Source: an uncultured Rhodospirillaceae bacterium
GTDB taxonomy: Bacteria > Pseudomonadota > Alphaproteobacteria > UBA8366
Reading direction: 5' to 3'
NCBI GenBank assembly: GCA_913043025.1
Contig: CAJWLM010000004.1
Location: 76,443 to 140,442, forward strand
Length of the DNA: 64,000 nucleotides
Under the pieces are notes generated by a model. That model made no database searches and had not been told where the DNA came from. It was given only the letters and a program-made list of their open reading frames with translations. Each line of letters starts with the position of its first letter. Within the stretch, counting starts at the first letter, position 1. Positions 9,497 to 19,084 of the stretch are shown piece after piece. A program made the position numbers and the translations under genes.

Positions 9497-10261
9497 AAAA
9501 AGGCCTCCCTTATGAGGTTACAAATTTTCCGAAAGCGATGCCACTCACTACTCGGATTTAAACATATAAGCGTTATGGTACAGTTATACCAATACACTAT
9601 AGTGGGAGATATAGCGGTTTTGTGAAAAAGCCGCTAGTCCTGAATCGCACTCTTTTCAAATAAAAAAAAACGCAACCAAATCTAGCCGGTTGATGTTTTA
9701 GTTTTAAATGCAGGTATGTCAATATGTTAACGTTCAGATCATAACCGTTTTGCCATCGAGATCTCGTAAAAATTTTCCGCAAAAATCAGTAAGTTATTGA
9801 AATAAAACACCATTATTTCCGGAACATTTGATGTTGCCAGAAGCCCCCTACCAATTTGACTTTTTTCAGTAGTCGGTTTGATTTTATGTCAATCGAACCG
9901 CCATCCGATAAATTTTCGTGGATAAAAAAATATTTTTGACCAGGCAAGCGTTGCTTGCCAATTCGATTTTCTAACAAATTGCGGAATTATTTTTACTTTC
10001 TGCATTGGTGGCTTTACATAAGGTGGCTCGGCGAACGTATCCAACCCTCATCAACACATCGTAATACGCTCGCAATTCATCCGGACCTATTTGGCGGCGT
10101 CTATTATTAGTAGCAACTTTTATTAAGCCTCTTGGCAAGTTTATTAATATTTTGATAACACTCTGGAACGAGAAAAAAGGGAATCACAGAGATTTGCATT
10201 TAACCTCATTCATTAGCCTGATGGGTGGTAAGCTGAAAAGATCTAGACAGGGGAAGAGACA

Positions 10262-11662
10262 TTGGCGCAGCATACAGTACGAGACAATCCTTATACACGT
10301 GGAATAGCTAAATTCGTTTCTGCATTAAGGTATGACGATATACCGAAGAATGTTCGCGATCGCATCAAATTGCTCGTTCTAGATTCCTTCGGTTGCGCTC
10401 TTTACGCTGTGGATTTGGAATGGTCTCAGATATTAATGAAAACACTTGGGCGCTCTGACATCTCTACACAATGCGGAGTGTGGGGAACCAACCAGCGTAT
10501 TTCAGCACCTCATGCTGCTTTAATAAATGGTACCCTGACCCAGGGGTTTGAGCTCGATGATGTACATAGGCGGGGAATTTTGCATGTAGGCGCGGTTACG
10601 CTGCCTGCATTAGTTTCTGTGGTTGAGATGAAGGGTGGATTAACTGGAAAAGACTTTCTAACCTCTGCTGTTGCTGGATACGAAATCGGTCCTCGTGTTG
10701 GTGTCTGCATGGGTAACGAGCATATTACACAAGGTTGGCACTCTGGAGCTACTGTAGGTGTATTCTCGGCTGCCGCTGGCGCATCATCTGGGCTTGGCCT
10801 CTCTGAGGATCAAACAGTACATGCACTTGGTGTTGCTGGGACCCAGGCCGCCGGTCTTATGGCGGCACAATTCGGAGGCATGGTAAAACGAATGCATGCA
10901 GGTCGTTCCTCTCAAAGTGGTCTTTATGGTGCCCTTCTGGCAGAACAGGGATTTACCGGGATTACTGATGTGTTGGAGAGCGAGTATGGTGGCTTCTGCA
11001 CCACTTTCTCGCGGTCTCAGGATCGCTTTGACCTAGAACAGTTAAATCATGGTTTTGGCGACGTCTGGGAGACGATGGGGATAGCTTTGAAATTTTATTC
11101 GTGTGTTGGCACTAATCACACCACTATGGATGCACTGAAAATAATTAGGGGACGGCGTCCTTTTGAGCCACATGACGTAAAGGAAATTATTATTCACGGC
11201 TCGAAAGTAACAGTTGAGCATGTCGGATGGGAATACAAGCCGGAGGGGGTAACATCAGCACAGCTAAACCTGCCATTCTGTGTAGCAACGATGCTGATTG
11301 AGGGTGACTGTTTTGTTGATCAATTTAGTGAAGCGATTGTTGCCGATCCAACAAGAATAGAATTTGCAAAAAAAGTTAAGACGGTTGAGGATCCTGAAAT
11401 AACTGCTAAGGGACCGTCTTATAGACACAGTGTTAATGTTGAGATCCACTTTAACGATGGCTCTGTTGAGAAAGAAGCGGTCGAGGCAGCACGCGGTAGT
11501 GAGAAACACTTCGCATCCGATGCTGATGTGATAGAGAAATTTGAAAAGTTGGCCTCAAAGAGTTTGGATCAGAAACAAGTCGGTGAGTTACGCGATGTAA
11601 TTTTAAATATTGAGGATGTTGAAGACGCTGGCACCATTGCGAGGCTTCTTGCTGTACATTAG
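10262..11662 (+). CDS. MmgE/PrpD-family protein (paralog 3)
   Basis: 466 aa. TTG start as called by the track (no in-frame ATG upstream), with GGGGAAGAG upstream. Landmarks are LLVLDSFGCALYA, GFELDDVH, GWHSG and KRMHAG. Confidence 0.88.
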   Translation: MAQHTVRDNPYTRGIAKFVSALRYDDIPKNVRDRIKLLVLDSFGCALYAVDLEWSQILMKTLGRSDISTQCGVWGTNQRISAPHAALINGTLTQGFELDDVHRRGILHVGAVTLPALVSVVEMKGGLTGKDFLTSAVAGYEIGPRVGVCMGNEHITQGWHSGATVGVFSAAAGASSGLGLSEDQTVHALGVAGTQAAGLMAAQFGGMVKRMHAGRSSQSGLYGALLAEQGFTGITDVLESEYGGFCTTFSRSQDRFDLEQLNHGFGDVWETMGIALKFYSCVGTNHTTMDALKIIRGRRPFEPHDVKEIIIHGSKVTVEHVGWEYKPEGVTSAQLNLPFCVATMLIEGDCFVDQFSEAIVADPTRIEFAKKVKTVEDPEITAKGPSYRHSVNVEIHFNDGSVEKEAVEAARGSEKHFASDADVIEKFEKLASKSLDQKQVGELRDVILNIEDVEDAGTIARLLAVH

Positions 11663-11830
11663 AATTTCTAAAGTGGTTAAAGTCATAAATTGCTATTAGA
11701 TTTTTTCAGTGCACTAGCATACTGCTTGATTATTGGAGTGTATTTGAGGCTTTGTGCTGGCAAACGCAACCAAAACACCTCCAAAGTAAATCGCCCGCTA
11801 CTTCTGGGTTTGAAGCAGAACATTATTCAT

Positions 11831-13024
11831 TCAGCCTATGATTTTTGATTTCTTAAGCTCAGCAATTTCGTCGCGTGAGTAGCCCAACTCTCTTAGAATT
11901 TCTGTATTGTGCTGACCGAAGGAAGGCGGCGGACTATCTACCCTAGGACCTTCCTCAGCATATTTAAATGCCGCAACAGGCACAGTGTACTCACCAGCAA
12001 CTTCTCGGGATCCATCCTTATAACAGTGAAATATATTACGATGGCTTACCTGTGGGTCGGAAATCGCCTCTTCTACACTACGTTGGCGCGCAGCAGGAAT
12101 ATGATTGTCTTGAAGAAAGTCTTCCCATTCCTGGGCTGTTTTTGTTGCTATTAATTTTTTGAGGGCTTCAGCTTCATGAGCCCGATGGTGGCGCCTGTGA
12201 GAGTCCGATTTGTTAGCCCTCTCTGGCTGGCCAACCAACTCCCAAAATCGCGAATGTTGACGGTGGTTGCTTGCTCCGAGAAGCAGCATGTTGTCCTTTG
12301 CCATGTATTCACTATGAGTGGCCTGGCCTCTGTCGGGTGTTTGATAGTCCAATTTTTTGCCGGTTCTCAGCGCGCCAGTGATTTGGGCGCCCATCAAAAT
12401 AAACGCTGTATCTGTTAGGCAGCCGTCAATATATTGGCCATTCCCAGTGCGTTCACGCTGAAAAAGCGCACTCGATATTGCAAAGGCGGCAGTAGTCCCT
12501 GTTGCAAAATCAATTAATTGAGGGCCGCACCGCATTGGACCTGTTTCGGAATTACCGGTTATGGACATCATTCCTGAATAACCCTGAATAACCTGATCGT
12601 ATGCGGTTTGTTGGCCGCGCGGTCCTTCTTGACCCCATGCAGTTAAAGAGCAGTAAATGATCTTGGGATTAATTTTCTTAATATCTTCGTATCCAATACC
12701 CAAAGCACTGAGCGCACCGGACCTGTAATTCTCTACGAGCACATCAGCTTCCTTTGCCAACGCTCTTATTATTTCTTGCCCTTTTTTGGTTTTAAGATTT
12801 ACCGTGAAAGATCGCTTGTTTGATCCTGTTGTAAGAAAACTTGTGCCCATGTTGCATTCATTCAGTGAATGGTCAGAACCCGTATTACGCGCTTGGTCTG
12901 GGTCTTCGGGATTTTCAACTTTGATAACATCAGCACCAAGGAGGGCAAGTTGATTGGTCGAGAAGGGTCCTGCTAATACGTGGGTAATATCGATAACCTT
13001 AATACCTTCAAAGGGACGACTCAT
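11831..13024 (-). CDS. Family III CoA-transferase (CaiB/BaiF/Frc type)
   Basis: 397 aa with SD AGGAG. The N-terminus FEGIKVIDITHVLAGPFSTNQLALLGADVIKVENPE is the signature opening of family III CoA-transferases. Confidence 0.9.
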   Translation of the reverse strand: MSRPFEGIKVIDITHVLAGPFSTNQLALLGADVIKVENPEDPDQARNTGSDHSLNECNMGTSFLTTGSNKRSFTVNLKTKKGQEIIRALAKEADVLVENYRSGALSALGIGYEDIKKINPKIIYCSLTAWGQEGPRGQQTAYDQVIQGYSGMMSITGNSETGPMRCGPQLIDFATGTTAAFAISSALFQRERTGNGQYIDGCLTDTAFILMGAQITGALRTGKKLDYQTPDRGQATHSEYMAKDNMLLLGASNHRQHSRFWELVGQPERANKSDSHRRHHRAHEAEALKKLIATKTAQEWEDFLQDNHIPAARQRSVEEAISDPQVSHRNIFHCYKDGSREVAGEYTVPVAAFKYAEEGPRVDSPPPSFGQHNTEILRELGYSRDEIAELKKSKIIG

Positions 13025-13145
13025 ATTAGTTGAACTCCTGTAATGACTGCCTCATGTTTCAAAGCCGCAAGGTATCAAAAGCATTCTTACATTGTGTTTT
13101 TTGTGCTAGCAGAGATTTAGAGGGTACCGTGCAAGAGGGATTGTG

Positions 13146-14297
13146 CTAATGCGCATTCTTGATCATATCACGAGCAATGATAAGTTGTTGAATTTGCGAG
13201 GTCCCCTCGTACAATCGGAATAAACGGACGTCGCGATAAAAACGTTCGACTTTATATTCTGCAATATAGCCCGCACCCCCATGAATCTGCACAGCACGGT
13301 CCGCGACGCGGCCAACCATTTCAGTTGCATAATATTTTGCACAAGCGGCTACACGCGCTGTATTTTCGCCCGCATCTCTGCGTCTGCAAGCATCCAAAGT
13401 CATGGTCTGTGCTGCATAAAGTTCGGTTTCGCTGTCCGCTAACATTGCCTGTATGAGCTGAAAGTCCGAAATCGGTTTTCCGAACTGCTTACGCTCCATA
13501 GCGTAGGCTAGTGAATCATCAATAAGACGTCTTGCCATGCCGACACAGGCTGCAGCCAGATGCAGCCGCCCCCTGTCCAACACTTTCATCGCGGTCTTAA
13601 AACCCATGCCTTCCTCATGTCCAAGTAATTGAGTTGCTGGCACACGGCAATTCTCAAAAATCACATCGGAGGTTAAAGTACCTTTTTGTCCCATTTTTTT
13701 GTCGGTCTTACCCGTAGTCATTCCATCTGTGCCTGCTTCCACAAGGATCGCAGAGACACCACTTGCATTCTTATCATTGGGATTGGTACGGGCATATACT
13801 GTGTATAACCCAGCACGCGGCGCATTGGTGATATAGCGTTTAGTTCCGTTCAGAACATACTCGTTGCCATCAAGAATAGCCGTGGTTTGGACCGCTTTTG
13901 CATCAGAACCAGCATTAGGTTCGGTGAGACAGAAAGATCCTATGATGTCACCTGCCGCCAATTGAGGTAAATATTTTTGTTTTTGCTCTTCCGTGCCATC
14001 CATAACTAGGCCTTGGCTTCCAATTCCTATTGTTGTTCCAAATACCGAGCGAAACGCGGGCGCAGCCCTACCAACCTCAAACATCAATCGCGCCTCTTCT
14101 TCGGTGTTAAGACCAAGCCCTCCGTATTCCTCCGGCACCGTCAGGCCGAACAAACCAAGTTCTTTCATTTCGTTTATGATATTTTCAGGAACTTCCCCCG
14201 TCTCCTCGACGTGGTCCTCGGCTGGCACCCATCGTTCGCGCACAACGCGCGCTATTGTATCTTCGAGTTGCTGAAATATTCCTGTATCGAGTGTCAT
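13146..14297 (-). CDS. Acyl-CoA dehydrogenase (short/medium-chain type, ~380 aa)
   Basis: 383 aa. Motifs are GSFCLTEPNAGSD, QIHGGAGYIAEYKVERFYRDVRLFRLYEGTSQIQ, typical ACAD N/M/C domains. Confidence 0.9.
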   Translation of the reverse strand: MTLDTGIFQQLEDTIARVVRERWVPAEDHVEETGEVPENIINEMKELGLFGLTVPEEYGGLGLNTEEEARLMFEVGRAAPAFRSVFGTTIGIGSQGLVMDGTEEQKQKYLPQLAAGDIIGSFCLTEPNAGSDAKAVQTTAILDGNEYVLNGTKRYITNAPRAGLYTVYARTNPNDKNASGVSAILVEAGTDGMTTGKTDKKMGQKGTLTSDVIFENCRVPATQLLGHEEGMGFKTAMKVLDRGRLHLAAACVGMARRLIDDSLAYAMERKQFGKPISDFQLIQAMLADSETELYAAQTMTLDACRRRDAGENTARVAACAKYYATEMVGRVADRAVQIHGGAGYIAEYKVERFYRDVRLFRLYEGTSQIQQLIIARDMIKNAH

Positions 14298-14412
14298 AGC
14301 CTATCCCCTATAAACGACATAGATCTTTACTAATTTGCTAGAATTCTTCATGACACGGAAGACCTTATTCCTCATATAAAGTCAAGGGACAGTCTGTCGC
14401 TGGCAAATCGTA

Positions 14413-15291
14413 ATGTATAAAAACTTTAAAGAGAGATATATCAGTGTTTCCGGAGTGGAAATATTTCTTCGCATCGGCGGAGAGGGCCCCCCTCTGTTAC
14501 TGCTACATGGATACCCTCAAAATCATGTCATGTGGCACATAGTTGCCCCAAAGCTGGCAAACTATTTTACGGTAATCTGCCCAGATATGCGAGGTTATGG
14601 ACGTTCAGACAAGCCTGCTCGAGTGAAAAACTTTGAAAATTTTTCAAAACGTGTGATGGCTAACGATATGGTGAAAGTCATGGAAACACTTGGCTACAAA
14701 AAATTTAGTGTGATTGGTCATGATAGAGGAGGGCGATGCGGCTATCGTTTGGCCTTAGATTTTCCTGATAGATTAGAAAAACTTGTTGTGCTTGATATTG
14801 TGCCGACGTACGAACAGTTACATCGTCTGAATGCGAGTGGTGCTTACGGTGGTTTTCACTGGTATTTTATGGGCCAGGAACCAGGCTTTCCAGAAAAATT
14901 AATTGGCGCCAACCCTGAGTTTTATTTTGCGTTTTTGTGCAACAAATGGGCTGGCAAGGAAGATCCTTTTACTCCGGAGGCACGCGAACGCTACATTGCT
15001 GATTTCAAAAACCCTGAAACTATTCGTGCAACTTGCGATGAATATCGCAATAATGCACGGGCGGATTTTGAACACGATAAAACTGACAAGGAGTCAGGAC
15101 ATAAAATTATCTGCCCTATTTTAGTACTATGGGGCAACCTAGGCAGGCCGGGTAGAAATGAGAACCCTTTAGAAATATGGCGTGAGTGGGCCGTGGACGT
15201 GAGGGGACGTGGGCTTGCGTGTGGGCATTTTCTAGCTGAAGAATTGCCTGATGAGACGGCAGCTGAGATAATATCATTCATGGTGGATTGA
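14413..15291 (+). CDS. Alpha/beta hydrolase, haloacetate-dehalogenase (H-1 / fluoroacetate dehalogenase)-like
   Basis: 292 aa. [14 protein letters not shown]. Nucleophile elbow GHDRGGR, with Arg at +1 and +4 after the Asp. FHWYF motif. C-terminal CGHFLAEE carries the catalytic His. Confidence 0.8.
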   Translation: MYKNFKERYISVSGVEIFLRIGGEGPPLLLLHGYPQNHVMWHIVAPKLANYFTVICPDMRGYGRSDKPARVKNFENFSKRVMANDMVKVMETLGYKKFSVIGHDRGGRCGYRLALDFPDRLEKLVVLDIVPTYEQLHRLNASGAYGGFHWYFMGQEPGFPEKLIGANPEFYFAFLCNKWAGKEDPFTPEARERYIADFKNPETIRATCDEYRNNARADFEHDKTDKESGHKIICPILVLWGNLGRPGRNENPLEIWREWAVDVRGRGLACGHFLAEELPDETAAEIISFMVD

Positions 15292-15296
15292 AAAAT

Positions 15297-16172
15297 ATGG
15301 CTCGCAAAGGGATCTTACTCGCAGGAGGCGCAGGTACCAGGCTGTACCCATTAACACTAGCGATCAGTAAGCAACTGATGCCTGTATATGACAAGCCTCT
15401 AATTTATTACCCTTTATCAGTTCTGATGTTGGCACACATCAGAGATGTTTTGATTATCTCGACGCCCAAAGATTTACCTATTTTTGAAAGGTTACTTGGT
15501 GATGGAACAGCGCTTGGCATGAGTTTTCAGTATGCGACTCAACCGTCACCCGATGGAATCGCACAATCCTTCTGTATAGCTAAAACTTTCTTGTCAGATA
15601 GCCCAGCTGCATTAGTTCTTGGAGACAACATTTTTTATGGACAAGGCCTTAGTGCTAGATTGCAGACTGCAAACGCTAATGAGGTTGGTGCGACAGTATT
15701 TGCATATGCGGTCAATGATGCGAAACGCTATGGTGTTGTTGAGATAAACGAATTTGGGCGCGCCACTTCAATTGAAGAAAAACCTACCCAGCCGAAATCT
15801 AATATGGCAGTCACAGGGCTCTATTTTTGTGATAATGAGGCAGTTGACATTGCATCGACCTTGAATCCGTCCGCAAGAGGTGAACTCGAAATTACAGACT
15901 TGTTGAATGAGTATATGGCCAGAGACGCGCTCAATGTTGAGCTGTTGGGACGCGGCTTTGCATGGCTTGATACCGGTACACATGATTCGCTTCTTGATGC
16001 GTCAACCTACGTCGCCGCTATTGAGCGCCGTCAGGACCAAAAGATCTCTTGTTTAGAGGAAATTGCTTGGCGGAATGAGTGGATTGGTGACGAAGAGCTA
16101 TTAGCATTAGCACAACCGCTTTCCAAATGCGCATATGGTATCTATCTAAAATCCTTAATTCAGCGAGGTTAG
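15297..16172 (+). CDS. rfbA: Glucose-1-phosphate thymidylyltransferase
   Basis: Track ORF starts at TTG 15288, overlapping the upstream stop. ATG 15297 gives [40 protein letters not shown], a textbook RmlA N-terminus. Confidence 0.95.
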   Translation: MARKGILLAGGAGTRLYPLTLAISKQLMPVYDKPLIYYPLSVLMLAHIRDVLIISTPKDLPIFERLLGDGTALGMSFQYATQPSPDGIAQSFCIAKTFLSDSPAALVLGDNIFYGQGLSARLQTANANEVGATVFAYAVNDAKRYGVVEINEFGRATSIEEKPTQPKSNMAVTGLYFCDNEAVDIASTLNPSARGELEITDLLNEYMARDALNVELLGRGFAWLDTGTHDSLLDASTYVAAIERRQDQKISCLEEIAWRNEWIGDEELLALAQPLSKCAYGIYLKSLIQRG

Positions 16173-16175
16173 GAG

Positions 16176-16733
16176 ATGGATGTCTCCAAGACAGCACTGC
16201 CAGAGGTTTTGTTGATAAAACCGAAAAAGTTTGATGATAATCGAGGGTATTTCTATGAGAGTTGGAACCAGAATCGATACGCTGAGTGCGGTATGCCTAA
16301 CGATTTCGTACAAGATAATGTGTCGCTATCAACAAAGGGCACACTGCGCGGACTTCATTATCAGGAACCAATGGCTCAAGGCAAATTGGTATCGGTGCTA
16401 GTTGGGCGAGTTTTTGATGTTGCAGTAGACTTGCGACGTGGAAGTCCTAGGTTCGGTGGTTGGGTTGGTGTTGAGCTCAGTGGTGAAACGCGCGAGCAGC
16501 TATGGATTCCAGAGGGTTTTGCACACGGTTTTTGTGTGATCAGTGAGCGAGCCGAATTTTTTTACAAATGTACGGCTCCTTATAATCCTGCGACTGAGCA
16601 CACCATTCGATACGACGACCCAGACATTGGCATCAGGTGGCCGGTAGAGGTGCCGGTATTGTCTGAAAAGGATGAAAACGCTTTTTCCCTGGCAGACGCG
16701 ATCACGCTGCCAATGTACAAAGGTAACCCATGA
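16176..16733 (+). CDS. rfbC: dTDP-4-dehydrorhamnose 3,5-epimerase
   Basis: 185 aa. FDDNRGYFYESW, RGLHYQ and QLWIPEGFAHGF are classic RmlC motifs. Confidence 0.95.
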   Translation: MDVSKTALPEVLLIKPKKFDDNRGYFYESWNQNRYAECGMPNDFVQDNVSLSTKGTLRGLHYQEPMAQGKLVSVLVGRVFDVAVDLRRGSPRFGGWVGVELSGETREQLWIPEGFAHGFCVISERAEFFYKCTAPYNPATEHTIRYDDPDIGIRWPVEVPVLSEKDENAFSLADAITLPMYKGNP

Positions 16734-17626
16734 AGGTTTTGCTGACTGGTAGGCACGGGCAAATCGGCAGCCATTTAGGTCACTTTTTGCTGAAAGCATG
16801 TGAGTGCCGAGTGGTTGGCCGAGAAGAGTTTGATCTTACAAAACCAGAAGATCTGAGAGCTGCTTTAACAACTTTTAAACCAGATTTAATAGTTAATACA
16901 GCTGCTTATACCGATGTTGATGGTGCGGAGAAGAATCGAGAGCACGCATTCGCAGTGAATGCATTGGCGCCTGAGGTCATGGCTAATTGGTGTGCGGCTA
17001 ATGATGCTGCCATGATACATTTTTCAACTGACTATGTTTACGACGGCATCGGAATTAGGCCTCATTTCGAAGAATCTGAGCCTAAGCCTATAAATGTTTA
17101 TGGGGAGAGTAAGCTAGCTGGTGATCAAGCGATCGCTAAGAGTGGCATTCCTTATTTGATTTTGAGAACGAGCTGGATCTACAGCGCTATAGGGAGCAAT
17201 TTCCTTGTAAAAATGTTAAAGCTTGGGGCTGCGCGGGAACAATTATCGGTTGTTTCAGATCAAATTGGTGCCCCAACATCTGCCGAATTGGTCGCTTCGA
17301 CAACAGCCAGTATTATTGAACAAATACATGATCGTGGAAATAAAGAATTTTTTGGAAAGGCAAACTTGGTTCACTGTGCTGCGTCTGGTCAGACAAGTTG
17401 GCACGGCTTTTCAGAGGCTATATTCGCAGGAGCACGGCTGCGTGGGGTGCAGCTTCGTGTTAAAGAGGTGACACCAATATCTTCCGTCGAATATCCAACG
17501 CCAGCTATTAGACCTGCTAATAGTCGATTGTCGTTAAAACGTCTTAAAGACAACTATGCTATTGAAATGCCTGATTGGCGTGATGAACTTGATAATGTTC
17601 TCGATAAAATTTTTGGTTTGAGGTGA
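16730..17626 (+). CDS. rfbD: dTDP-4-dehydrorhamnose reductase
   Basis: 298 aa. ATGA overlap with rfbC. RmlD-like VNTAAYTDVDGAE, STDYVYDG and RTSWIYS. Confidence 0.9.
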   Translation: MKVLLTGRHGQIGSHLGHFLLKACECRVVGREEFDLTKPEDLRAALTTFKPDLIVNTAAYTDVDGAEKNREHAFAVNALAPEVMANWCAANDAAMIHFSTDYVYDGIGIRPHFEESEPKPINVYGESKLAGDQAIAKSGIPYLILRTSWIYSAIGSNFLVKMLKLGAAREQLSVVSDQIGAPTSAELVASTTASIIEQIHDRGNKEFFGKANLVHCAASGQTSWHGFSEAIFAGARLRGVQLRVKEVTPISSVEYPTPAIRPANSRLSLKRLKDNYAIEMPDWRDELDNVLDKIFGLR

Positions 17627-17629
17627 GGA

Positions 17630-19084
17630 ATGGCGGTTTCGGCCACAGGTTTTCAAAAATTATATGTTTATGTCAGCTCACTGCCTTGGCCGTTCTGGGC
17701 CGTTTCCGGCACGTACTTTCTTTGCAATGTGGTAGTTGCTGTTTTTGCAGAGCCGGGCGCTAGTTTAGCCCAAGGTGGTGATGCGGGCTCCTATTGGGAT
17801 CCGGCGATAGCATTTTTGAAGTATGGCGATTTTGTCCAGCTTGATAATCCAGCAGAACCGGACCTGTATCGCACGCCGCTCTATCCATTAATGATCTCGG
17901 CGCTGATGTTTTTATTTGGTGAATCGCCAGGGGTAGTTATTAGTGTGCAGTTGATTTTGCTTTTTGGTGTTGGGGTTCTATTTCGTAGCATTGTTATTGA
18001 TTGGCTGCCCGGCTGGGAGGACGTTGGGATGGCGTTGGTTATCTTAAATCCTAATCTTCTTGGCACAGCCCATTTAATTCAAAGTGAAACACTTTATCTT
18101 TGTTTTATATCTATCGGCTTCTGGTCATTGCTTCGTATCGTCCGCAAAGATTTTCGATGGCAGAATGCATTTATTGTTGGGATTGCCTTGGCTTTAGCAT
18201 GCCTTGTAAAACCTACGTCACAATTTCTTGTCATCATTCTTCCGATTTGTTTGCCAATAATCGCTCTATTAGCTGGCGCCAAATCTTCTTTTTGGAAGCT
18301 TTTTATTCAAGGAACTACAGCTGCTCTAATAGCAATGGCGATACTGGCACCATGGGCTATGAAGCTTTCTGCTGCGGGCAATGGTTATTCCCTATCAGAG
18401 CACGAAATTAGATATCGGTTTTTATGGGACCAGGTAGTAATGCTTGAGGCAAATATGCATGGGGTCAGCTACCATGAGGCAGAAATACGTATCACCGCCC
18501 CGGGATCTTATCACGCAAAAGTGATAGCCGCTCAAGGGGAGGCCTGGAATACTTTGAGTGGTGTGGAGAAATTCGCGGTGTTAGAGCGACATGGTTATGA
18601 CGCTATTTTGTCATATCCCGCTGAAGTTATAGCAAAAGTGACGGCTCGATCTTTCATTCAGTTTATGTTCTCAGGTGGTGCTGGAAATCTTCACAATATT
18701 CTGGGAATTGATACAGCACGGTTAAATCGCGTCTGGTTCAAGACATCCCAACAAGACGTAAAAGCCATGCTAAATACATTTTTTGGTGAGGCGCCGATGG
18801 CTGCTCTTGGATTAAGTGTCGTGGCGCTTTCTTTTGCCTTTCTTACAAAATGTCTTGGCTTTATCGGGATTTTTGCGATGTGGCGTCGTGGGCATTATGC
18901 CTTAATGTTCACCCTTTTGGGGCTCATTGGTTATTTCGTCGCAGTACACCTATTTCATGGTAATTCTCGTTATAGAATACCAGTAGAACCGGCTATGATA
19001 TTGTTTGCTTTGTATGGTCTCCAATCCGTTTGGGCGATATTTTGTAACTGGCAGCGTAATAAGCTGATGGATAAAGTTAAATGA
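17630..19084 (+). CDS. GT-C fold membrane glycosyltransferase (PMT_2 / ArnT-like family)
   Basis: 484 aa with about 10 or more TM helices. First loop GGDAGSYWDPAIAFLKYGDF...LYRTPLYPLMISALMF resembles the Asp-containing loop plus R-x-PLYP of the ArnT/PMT_2 families. Starts 4 nt after the rfbD stop, with GAGGTGAGGA as SD. Confidence 0.7.
   Translation: MAVSATGFQKLYVYVSSLPWPFWAVSGTYFLCNVVVAVFAEPGASLAQGGDAGSYWDPAIAFLKYGDFVQLDNPAEPDLYRTPLYPLMISALMFLFGESPGVVISVQLILLFGVGVLFRSIVIDWLPGWEDVGMALVILNPNLLGTAHLIQSETLYLCFISIGFWSLLRIVRKDFRWQNAFIVGIALALACLVKPTSQFLVIILPICLPIIALLAGAKSSFWKLFIQGTTAALIAMAILAPWAMKLSAAGNGYSLSEHEIRYRFLWDQVVMLEANMHGVSYHEAEIRITAPGSYHAKVIAAQGEAWNTLSGVEKFAVLERHGYDAILSYPAEVIAKVTARSFIQFMFSGGAGNLHNILGIDTARLNRVWFKTSQQDVKAMLNTFFGEAPMAALGLSVVALSFAFLTKCLGFIGIFAMWRRGHYALMFTLLGLIGYFVAVHLFHGNSRYRIPVEPAMILFALYGLQSVWAIFCNWQRNKLMDKVK

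Noticed and set aside
9917-9925. cgtggataa, a near match to a DnaA box (TGTGGATAA), in the long intergenic gap; the AT-rich tracts at 49187-50276 were also considered as an origin
   Set aside because: There is only a single imperfect box, no cluster, and no dnaA, dnaN, hemE or parAB context. TTAA-N7-TTAA-like spacing in the AT tracts is expected by chance in such a composition.
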